Shown here piece after piece: positions 53,033 to 64,000 of a stretch of 64,000 nt of DNA; position 1 is the first letter of the stretch; the number at the start of each line of letters is the position of its first letter. Where the stretch lies: NCBI RefSeq assembly GCF_009914755.1, contig NC_060929.1; one strand, written 5' to 3'. The translations under genes were made by a program, and so were the position numbers. This stretch comes from the human T2T-CHM13v2.0 reference genome, Homo sapiens. Below the pieces are notes generated by a model, which was given only the letters and a program-made list of their open reading frames with translations, was not told the origin of the DNA and did no database searches.

Positions 53033-56000
53033 TAAATAATAATATTTTTTAAATGGCATATGAGGAGAGGCTCACTGCCCTTTAAGCCTGTTCACACACA
53101 AACTAGTTTTCAAGGGTATATAGACATATCTTCACAGTTGCCATAGAGAAGTGAAAAGTTTGATTAATGGTACCAAAGTGAAAGTGATGACTGCATCTGG
53201 ATAGTGCATTATTTATGGCTAATATTTTAATTATCAAAAATATTACAGAAACACATGATCACAAATGGGCTGCGGAAAGGATCTGATATACTGAAACATT
53301 CTTATTGAGGCCCTCCTTGGTGGAGAATAGATAGAAACCCCCTCAACTTCATGTCCACATTCTCTCTTCGGTAGCAAACATGAGTGCCAGCTTCAACACC
53401 CTGCACCACTGCTCTGAGAAGACCATAGAATGGAACCAAGTGGATATTTTCTGGCCACCTCTATCTTTCCAGGAAAATGCCCTGGAGTGCACACGCTTCA
53501 TTACGGCCTTGGCAAAACACCAGCATGCACCAGCTGTGCATGGACTGCTCAGCCCCTGCCTGGTGGAGAGGAATAGAAGTCATCGGTCTTCCTCTGCAGG
53601 TTTTCATTAACTCTCTGCTAATCTAGAGCATTAATTCTTGGACTTCTGGGAAAACAGAGTTGTCTAATCCTAAAATCTTAAAGGCAAACATCTTCCTTTT
53701 CAAATCTACTTCTGGAATTTGTGGGCTTTTGAAAGTAACATTCACAGCAGATTTGAAATATCCACTATTTGCACAGGACAAGTCAATAATGGTGTGAGTT
53801 CCATCTATTACCTGTTATCTGAATGCACCAAATTAGAAGGAAAACTAGAGGGAGCTAGGATGGGGGGCAGGGTGGGAATCTGTTACTTCAGTTAGGTTTA
53901 CAGGGAGTCCTTGTAAACAGGGTGCTAAAAAGTGTGTTGGTTTTTTTTTAACCTTTTGTGACACACAACAGAGCTGTGAAGTCAGTGAATTAAATAGTTC
54001 CAGTCCCCTGGGCACACATGAGCAATAGCATAAAAATGGACAGCACCCATTATAACATTACTGTTATGGAGCAGATGGACAGCTTCGGTTTCAGTCTTTT
54101 GTCCTTACTTTAGAATGGGGCAGAACTGGGAATCGACTGTAAATTTTCTCAAAAGAGATGAATAGGAAAGCTGTTAACTTTTTTCTTATTAAAAAAAGAA
54201 ACCTGGAAAAATTCCAAATTACACATTTTGCAGCTCTTTGACTGCAATTCTTTAGCTTTTGATGCAAAACATCTGTAGGTGGTTAAGCATTTCCCACCCT
54301 CATTCCCCAAAATGGAATATCTCATTCCTGGCAAGACATCCAATGCCTGCAAAGACATATGTTTACCAAACCAGTTCATTGCCATATGTGTGCCAGTTTC
54401 TCCAGAGCGTGCTGCCTATGAGTCGATTGGCTTAGCTTAAGAGGCTCAGAAAGGAGAAATAAGCAGGAAACAGAGGTCGAGAAAGAAGTAAAAGATGGGA
54501 AGAGAGCAAGAGAGAGGGAGAAAAAAGGGGGAGGAGAAGACAATTATTTTTCATTATACTTTCAAAACTTAATCTCTTCATTTTGCAGTAAATATTGATG
54601 AGACATTTTGCAGTCATATCACAGTTGCTTTTCTCCTAGTAGGTAATTTCCAAAAACACTGAATGTCAAGATAATGAGGGTACCAAATAGGTGAGCCATC
54701 AGATTTGAGGTATGTTGACATCTAGTCATCTCCAAATTTAATTCTATGATGATTGACAGAATTAGCTAATGAAACAAACATTAATAATCACTTGAGTTCA
54801 AATTTTAATTTTGGATTTAGAAAAGCTTAGCATATTTTGAAATATTCCAAAATGGAACTTTAAATAGAATCTTGTCAGACTCAGTGAGTAATTTTAGTGA
54901 CCAATGAGGGGGAAAATGGTTATTTACACAATACTTAGGTTCTTTGAAATAATTACACATTTTAAAATAATTCTGCAGAATAAGAAAAACTTACCTCTTT
55001 AGCAAACAAAAAAGGAAATTTTACATTTTATTTTTTAAAAGTTTCTGTCCTGTACATTAATTAAAATATTCTAATTTAAAATACAAAATAGCAATAGGGA
55101 CAAACTGTTGGCCATAAATGGCTTTTAAATGTTAATTGACAAATATGTTAATAATCCCCTGGAGCATATAACAGTTTTCTTTAAGAGAACTTTACATAAG
55201 AAAGATAACTTGAAGCTTTCAAAGAGGACCAGTGTTTGATATAAGTATTAGCTGTGAAACTGATATTATTAATGATTCAATTTTGACCCAGCCAAATTAC
55301 ATTATTTGTATTATGAACCAATCTAAGAATTTACAAAGTTTTATCTATCCTAATTTTTCTAACATTTATAACTATGTATAGTCAGTATGAACCTGGATAA
55401 AGCTTTGAAATAGCAGAAATGTATCACCACAAGCAACTTTTATATGTTCCCATAAAGTTTATGTTTTATCTTTGAAAAGCTTCTGCTGTTTAATAAGATT
55501 TAGCTTCTTACTTTTAATCTCATATTACAGTTGCAAAAACAAAAAGAAGAAGAAAGATCTAGTACTGCTCTGCATGTTGCAGTGTTGTACATCACTTCCT
55601 CCAATAAGTAAACAAGATTCTCAAAGAGCACTTGAGAGGACATACTAACCGTGTAGTATTGTTGGCCACACAGAACTTTAAATAAGCAAATGGATTGTGG
55701 TTTTAAAACACCACATTTTATTAGAAGAAAAGAAAGACTAATAGACACTTTTTGTATGTGTTCGTTCAACAATTTTAAAGGAATTTAAAATTGTGTAACT
55801 TATTTTCAACTTTCATGTTGCCTATCAATTGTTATATTATTAATAGATGTCATTAAGATGACCAGTTTCTGCTTTCTATGGCTATAGTAGGACTTCACAA
55901 GTACTAATTACTTAAAAAGAGAACAATAAGATGTTCTTTATGTTATATGAGAGACTCGGTAGGTATTTGGAAGATTACTTTTAACATTACAGCTTTTAAT

Positions 56001-59000
56001 GGTATTTTATATTCATTGTACTTTTTTGCTTTGTTTTGTTTTATTTTTTGTTTCTTTTTTATTGCCTTCAAATGAAATTTTACTATGCATTGCAGTCTAA
56101 AAAGCTAAATTTTCCTTACAATGATGAACACAGGTTTTCTTAATCATAACAAATTAGTGTCCTATAATGAGGAGGGAATAGTGATTAAAACCTTTAAACT
56201 TGTATTTCAAAAGAGAAGAAAAAATACATGGATTATTCAGAATGGGCTATTTAGTTCTATGTATCAAACTTAGCAAGAATGAAAGTCTGTCCCATGATTA
56301 ATTTTACCAACTCACGTAATGGAGAACATTCTAACAATGGAGATAGCTTAAACTTTAAACACTTTTAACAGACAAAATAATGTGCAATCATGTCTCTGTG
56401 CATCTTGTAAAAAAAAACATGCACAGTATTTTCATTTGGAAAGTTTTTCCTCTGTGCAGTTATAGCAAGGTCCCAACACAAGTCAGTTTACATGTTTTGA
56501 TTTCCACTGAGTTGTTTGTTTGAATGAATGTATCAGCAATTGGCAAAATTATCAAAACATTTATCTAGTGAGTTGCATAAACTTTGTTTAAAATAATGCG
56601 TAAAGTTTCACAGATTAGGGAAAAAAAAGTGTATTTTATTATAGCCAAGATTGAACTGACATATTAAACTAAAATAGTTTAAATTTTGTGCAACTTTAGA
56701 AATTATCTTATTCTAAATCTCACGGCAAAGAATAATCTGGGGGAGCAGGAAAGGGAATGAGGTTAGTACATTGATAAGGGTAAAAACCTAGCTGACACAC
56801 AGATTACAAATGACAAGATTTTGCAACAATCTTGCATCTGGATCTATACAAAAAATTGCATGAGAAAATAAAGACTTGTTTCTAGTGTTTCCAAACAGAT
56901 CTTTCTAAATTTAAGCTATAAAAGGCTGTTTCACCTCAGGCCTGCATGAGAACCACTGCTGTCCCTTGTGGGGACTACCTTATTTCCATTTTCCAGACAC
57001 ATGTTTTCCCCTTTCTCAACTATTTTAAGAATTATAAGTAAGCAGGACTCTAAAATTCAAGTTCAGTGTGCAGAGAGTTAATTTAAATATGATAACAAAT
57101 GGCTCTGCTTTTGAAATGAATGTAGCCTGGCAACTTCAACTGGGAACCCTTCGGAGGGCCTCAATTATGTATGCGGTTTCTTTGAGAAATAGTTTCACAC
57201 ATCTGACCCAAGGACCAGTATGTTGTTGCCATGAAATAAAACTGTACGTAGGCATTGTTTCATTGCTGCACCCTCCACACACTGCCGGCCTCCACTCCCT
57301 TCCCCCACCCTGCACATGCATGTACACACACATACACACACTCACACAAACTCTTTTATTGTCATTCCGCTTCTATTTTTCTAGTAGAGTGAATGTATCA
57401 ACGTAATTATCATGAACATAATGGCCCGTGATTACTTTTATTTGCTATAAAAATATTCTGATTCTAACTGCCAAACTGTTCCGGTCAAAATCAGGAGTGG
57501 GAAACCTACAAGATAAGTAAAGGGTTAAACCACCCACACCATTTCAATTTTTTTCAAAATGGCTGCTTTGTCTGTGTGCATACACCAATAGCAAATGTCC
57601 TTCTGTTATTGTACAGCCAATTTGATGTGTCAAGTATTCATATGCTAATAACGGTACAGTTTCTCACTTTTTCACAGATAAATGGTAAAGATTGTTACAG
57701 ACAGTGAAACACAAGAATAAACAGCTTTTATTTCAGACGCGATAAATTACTTTCCATTCAAATAACATGCGACACACGCTGCTGACCATTTTGTTTCTAT
57801 TCACTGTTAGTTTGCCTTCTGGGTGTGTTTTTTTAGAATAGTTTGAAAATATTTAACAGATATGGACAGAGTTGTTACTAATGACTTGATTGCATTAATT
57901 TGCTTTGTAGTCATTTCATCACTCGAAGTTCATTTTTATGCTCAGTTATTACAGTGGGAGAAAGTTTGATGGAAAATCTGACACTGTTTCCCTAACATGG
58001 TACAATCAAGTCTTTTTAAAGCTTGGTAATGACAGTATTTGAAGAATGGATATCTTCCCTTCCAGGTTAGCAGAAATGTCATTCAGTAAATAAAATCCCT
58101 TGCTAAGAGTATCACCTAAAAAAAGACACTTGAATGAAATGTACGTTGTTCTGTCAGAACAAAGTGAAATCACTTTGGTTTTCTAAGACATAAATATGTC
58201 CTTTTAGAAACCCTGAGTAGGTTAAATATATATGATTAAAGCATACACTTATTGCTAGGGTAGACAAATTAATGCAAAGATGAGGGTGGGGGAGGGGACT
58301 GAAGTATGAGAGAGAATTAACCAGTCCTTAAAGAAATATTTTTAAAATAATGTACCCATGAACATGCATGCACTGATGACAGTTATAAATCAAAAGAAAC
58401 ATTTCTGATTTATTTCTCTTCAATTTAACAAGATGCACTTATCTGTTCTTGAGTTGCAATACTTTTAGGGACAAAAATTAGAATACCTAGAAATTAAGCT
58501 AATGATTCTTCTAGCTACTTCTTACATTCACCTTATTGTGCCTAAATCTTTTGTCTGAGCTTTACATATGACCATTTTTTGGTTTATGTTTGGTCCCCTC
58601 TGATTGTTACATATACTTGAATTGCTTGCTTGGATGGGGAGCATACAAAATAATTAAGTAAACATGAAGAAAAGTAGCTTGATTCGTTGCTAGGCTGAAG
58701 GATCACATAGAAAAGTTTTTTTCCAATTGCCCAAAATTAAGTACAAATACACACATGCACTTCCATATACTCAGATGCAGACAAAATCAAACTAGAGAAT
58801 TTTTAGAAGCACTACCCTGGATCATGCCTTAAGACATTAAGGATTCCAAAGGTAACTATGACATTAGGTCAATGAGGCTGCAGCTCCCTAATAGTGTAAT
58901 CAGCAGATTGTAAATTTTTACATAATTCTAGGACAAAAGCTAGCTATTTTGAAGCAGTCTTATAATCTGAGGCCTTTTCTCTGAGCTCCAAAATACCAGA

Positions 59001-62000
59001 GAAGATTATTGTATCATATCAATGAGGAATAGTAAATGCAAGTGACCAGTTTTATATTAAACATGGACAATCAAGAGATTTTTCTACTATAAGGCTACAC
59101 AAATAAGCTCATAAAACTTATTACCCTTTCTTCCTCTCTAACGCCATTGTTAAAAATACAAATTAATAGGATCAACTTCAAATATCTATTTTAAATTCTG
59201 CCTTTTATATATGTTATTTTTTTTTCTACAGGAAGAGTAGTTAATGGCAGATGAAATACTAATTTTTACTTTATGGGACACCCATCAAAAAGTGACTGTA
59301 AGCTAATTTATCAAAATTGAAATAAAGTAGGACACCAGTAGCTATTTCAAGAATTAATTTAAAATGTGCTATATGCCACACATGCTGCATTACTCAGAAT
59401 GTGTTATTAATTTAAATGTTTCTTAACTAATTATAAAGACTAAATGGAGAACTTTTGCCCGTTGTTTCTTTTCTTCCCCCATCTAGTCTCTTTATCTGTG
59501 TAAATACAATTAGGCCTCACTCAGAGCTCTGGGTCTTTGTCTTTCCCCTTTTAATTCCTGTCCTTAGTGTAATTAGCACCTTGGGCACAATCGTAGGAAT
59601 ACACACAGGGAGTTTATTTTCACTGACTATTTTGATATTGCTTCTATCACTTTACCCTCGAACACCATTTTCATTTGCTCTGGGAACTTTCTAAGTACAG
59701 AGGTTTAAATCACTAACTCAAATTTTATACTGTGGACAGACAGTTATACATGGATATACAGGACCTGTTCAGAACATGTCAGCTGCACATGATATTTGAT
59801 CTTTCGTCATACACTCATGCCCATGAACTCCAGGCACACTTATCTGGGTTAAAGCAGTGGCATTCTACCTTCACTCACAAATGTTTAATTATAACTGAGG
59901 TTTCAATTAAAAATAAATACAATAGAGTGCCAGAATGCCGAGGGGCTGCGAATGGGCTGGAGGAAACAAGGATTAGAAACAAGGCTTTTGTCTTCTTGCC
60001 TCAAAAGGTACAGGTTTTAGGTGTATATTATGAAACATCCTGAAATGTACATTGACTGACTAATTTTCAGGTAAGAATTGTAGTTTTCTTTTTCAAGAAG
60101 TATGAGAATTATTAGTGTTTTGAGTTTTTGAGTTACTTATACACAACTTTTCTAATTCATTTATACTCTGTGCCAAAAGTTTTCGGCCTGTTATTTAAAG
60201 GGAAAAGTATTCCATAGACAGTGTGAGCAAGATTTGAAGGGATGGTTAAGTGCCACACAGTCACTGAGTTTCTCAATTCCACCAGTAAAATTATGTTCAA
60301 GAACTGAGGATGCACTCTCTGCTTTGAATTGCCTACATCTGTCTGCGGCTACCAGCTGAATGGGATAGTGTGACACGCTCACTTCTTTTTCTTATAATCA
60401 AATCAACCATGAGGTGTTTCATGATATTTTGGTGTAAATGACCACAAAAATAAATTTTACATACTCATGTTGTCTTGGGTTTTCGCAGAGGTCACAGTGT
60501 TTCTGAGTATGGTGTCAATATATAGTTTAGGCTATTATTAAACATACAAAGGAAAATGGAGACTCAAGGCAATGATCAAAATAAATCATATGGAAAAACC
60601 TTACCTTAGACCTAAAGTATCGCATATTTTAAGCAAGGAACTTATTTCACCTTTATCTAGAAATCGATTTAATTTTGAATTCTATTTCTCCACAGGCTCT
60701 ATATTACTAAAATATGATGAAATTGTGAATGTTTAATTATAAATTATGTCTCAAACAAATGAAATGCAGTGTGAATTTTAGTCTCTGAATATTAAGATAA
60801 GAAAACATTACCATTAAGACTGAGTCTACATGTTACATGAAACAAAGAATTGAAGCATTATTTGAATCTTGAAAGCACCAAATATACAGGGGCCCCAAGT
60901 TATCTGGATAAAGCTCCTACATATTCACTTCATTTGTGTAGATGCAGCCTGACTGCCTGCATCCAAATGGAATCAATTTAGATTCCAAGTGGTTTGAGGT
61001 TTATTAAACACAGTGAACTTAGCAAACATGCATTCCCCTCAAGCTTTCAGGTTGGTATTTTCTGCAACCATGTTTGAAGAAGCAAAATCCAGACCTCTCG
61101 TAGGCATAGAGGCAAGAGATCGGGTTCCTGTGCTGCTCTTCGCCATATATAAAAACTGATGGTTTTGGTGATGTGGGCCATAACATGAAAGTCATGTTTT
61201 TTCTACTATTTAGTCAAAGGAATGATGGGTACTGTGAGTCAACAACAAGCACGGCTACAAAAGAGAGCAGGATTAATGAAAAGAGGATACAGGACTTGTC
61301 TGATTGCTCCCACAATGATGCACCACCCTGGATAGCTCATTAGGGTACTCAGAAGAGCACAAAGAGTCTTTTAAATAAAGCTTCCTTGTTCCAAGAGTGT
61401 ATTCATCACCTCATGCCTATCCAGGATAGGAGGGCTTTCTCCTTGGAGTCTGAATGAAGCAACCTGTAATCAGTTGTATGGAGATGTTGCTAAACATATT
61501 TGTAACCTCAAAGAAGTCTTCATTCACCGGAACAGGGACAACCTCAGAAGAAATGGATTTTTTCCCAAGGGTACCATTTCTATTTAGCATGTTAGTACCT
61601 TTGTAACCTATTGGATGGAGGACACTGTGGGAAAAGCCTGGAGAGACTTCCCCCTTTACAAATAAAAAAGAAATCTAAAGGAATAGGAGCCTTGTGACAA
61701 CAAAAAAGAAAAGAACAAAAGTGACTCATGTATGTCAAATGGAGCAGGCACCTAACTAAGCAATAATTAGAACTTTGCCCACAATTCTCTCAGACGAGGC
61801 AGTCACAGGCTGGATTTTGGCATAGGGTGTTAATGTGTGAAAGTAGAAGTTGTCTCAAATAGAAGAAAAGCCTAGGAACATAAGGCAGAGCATCGTGACT
61901 GCATTATAGTAAAGGCAACAGGGCCTCTTTAGTTAGATGAACTATACTCAGTTGTGTCTTGGCTGTGCTGCTTTCTTCTTTTAAGTTTGAAGTTAAAATG

Positions 62001-62632
62001 CTACAGGATTAGTCTTACCTGCCACAGAGAACAATGTGGCTAAAATGACGCAAGCCAGGAGAGCTTTCCTGAATGAATGATGCTGTGCTCAATTTACAAT
62101 AGCTAGAAAATAACAGTAATTATTATAGATTGAGGGGAAAACAGTCTGTAGAATTGTGTTGCAAAGTTGTAAACTTTATGCGGCTAGCAAAAATTCCTGC
62201 AAAGGTTTTCAAGTTAAAGTGAAAATAAAAGACTTAAATCATTAGAGTGGTCTTGCGCTCTGGATCTCACATGTTTTCACATGTGAGAAATCTCAAATGA
62301 TAAAGTATGTACTTTTGCAAAAGCATCCTGTAGATTTAATTGTAAACTAAGTTTAGCAATGTTTTGGGGGGCTGGCTGCCCCAAAGTACAGTGACAGACT
62401 AATCAATCCTTCTTTCTTCATTGTTGAAACTCAGCTAATGAATAGTGAGCCAGAGCAAACAGCGAGTGAGAACGCTTGATGAGGACACAGAATGTAGATA
62501 CATACACTTTATAAATCATCTTTAGATTGAAGACATTTTACAAATATTGTCATTAAAAATAATTATTTAGGACAACATTTTTCAATTGTTCTCATTTTTG
62601 GATGAGGTTCAAAGATTGTCTAAAGGAAGAAA

Positions 62633-62648
62633 GGGCGGGGCCTTATCT
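62633..62648. promoter_or_regulatory. Adjacent GC box (SP/KLF) and GATA motif
   Basis: GGGCGGGG at 62633-62640 and CTTATCT (AGATAAG reversed) at 62642-62648, in otherwise AT-rich DNA. Motif match only. Confidence 0.35.
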
Positions 62649-62676
62649 ACAAAGAGGGTCTCTCTGACGCTGGGCT

Positions 62677-62709
62677 CTGCTGCCGCTGCTGCTGCTGCTG
62701 CTGCTGCTG
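62677..62709. repeat. (CTG)2 CCG (CTG)8 trinucleotide repeat
   Basis: Seen directly. Confidence 0.97.
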
Positions 62710-63117
62710 CAGGAATTCCACCTTGCCAGGCCACTAGCATGTCCTTTGCCTTCAGGAAAGAGAGATTTGCAACTGAACAAATGCTTTACATTAGCAAATG
62801 GACAAGCTACCGACTAATGAATGGCACTTCTTTATCAGCATATACAAACTTATACCAGCTTATACCACACTTGGCACACACACTCTTAAGGCAATGTGAA
62901 ACATGACAGAATAGAATATTTAGTTGTTATTTTGCAATTAGCATTTTACCATAATGAAGACTCTAGATGTAACTCTTTCTAAATTTAAACTTTAGCAGAA
63001 TTTTCCATTTTCATATTAAGAAAATCATAATTAACTAATCTTTAAAATGTGTTGCTGCCTAAACATTGGAAAGGCTGGAGGATTAAATTCAGTGCTGATA
63101 AATTAAACATAATGTGT

Positions 63118-63330
63118 TTGTACATATATAGTTATAGTTACAATTATATAGACAAATATACATGTATATGTACATATAGATATGTAGAAAAAGATATGAA
63201 GCTAGATATATAGATAGGTAAATATATACACGTATAGGTATATATGTATACATATGCATGCATATATGTCTATAACCATCTACCTATCTATATATATGTA
63301 GCTACACATCTTGTGTACATGCATATATAC
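63118..63330. repeat. Degenerate (TA/TG/CA)n low-complexity tract
   Basis: Imperfect alternating purine-pyrimidine tract seen directly. Confidence 0.8.
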
Positions 63331-64000
63331 CCCTTTAATGTATATCTCATAACTTGAGTGCTTGTATTATATTTTATGCTTAGTATAATTCTAGACTGTA
63401 TTTTTTGTTATATATAAACTTTAAATAACTAGAGATTCTGTTTCAATGACATATTTTAAAGTCTTCAAAAAGGAAAAAATTCAGTATGTATGTAAAAAGG
63501 AAGAATATTGGCAACGATTTATTATTTTTATTAAGAAAATAAATCCCTACTGAGTTCCTAAAACTTGTATTAGTTGCTACTTGGTGTGCATATTTGTGTG
63601 AGTGTTGGTAAGAAATCCTATTTTGACTAATGCCTGAACAATGGAAATATATTAGGTTTTAGATATGCAAATGTTTATTATAATACTGGTATTGGAATAA
63701 CAATAATACTAGCAACTGTAAATGTGAACTTCCTGCTATTGAAGGAGGCTTGTAACTTTAAAGGCTCATAATTTTAAAGAACCATGTGACTTTGAAAGCA
63801 CAAATAAATTTCCCTTAGACCTTTCTTCTAGCTCAGTGGCAAAAAAAAAAAAAAAAAAAAAGTAGAGGTATTTTTTCATTATTATTTTAAAGAAATTCTA
63901 TAGCTAGACTCAGAAAAAGTGCCAAATTTTTTATGGATATCTGAAACAGGAATACTTCCACTGATAGGAGATACTTTTCTTAGTGACGTAAGAATCTGCA

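Noticed and set aside
56903-56925. MEF2-like site next to TATAAAA
   Set aside because: AT-rich motifs are expected frequently by chance at this base composition.
62586-62738. Poly-alanine protein in the 106-aa ORF
   Set aside because: The ORF begins at a non-ATG codon and the poly-Ala is just the CTG repeat read as GCT.
63829-63868. tRNA-like A box TAGCTCAGTGG...GTAGAG split by A21
   Set aside because: No B box, acceptor stem or cloverleaf; probably coincidental.

Overview
This is AT-rich primate (human-like) non-coding nuclear DNA, not prokaryotic sequence. AluJ/S/Y, L1PA/PB/MA, L2, MIR, MaLR LTRs and hAT/Tigger elements are recognisable by eye. I found no intact protein-coding gene, RNA gene or CRISPR array. 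The listed ORFs are repeat-derived or chance ORFs; the only recognisable protein fragments are dead L1 ORF2 C-termini. Bases 1-53,000 are a dense mosaic of interspersed repeats, including a full-length THE1D-type MaLR provirus. Bases ~53,030-64,000 contain no interspersed repeat I can recognise and may be constrained regulatory DNA. The best gene-like signal is a + strand terminal exon at 9331-~9728 (acceptor, two AATAAA, GU-rich downstream element); I could not assign it to a gene. The sequence does not support a new biological system. The most unusual items are small: orphan TPRT micro-insertions with target-site duplications (TSDs), a polyadenylated LTR-like retrocopy, a three-monomer Alu, a chain of interlocking hairpins, a possible recursive splice site and a GC-box/GATA/CTG module. 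Repeat subfamily names come from remembered consensus sequences, and boundaries of old elements are approximate.
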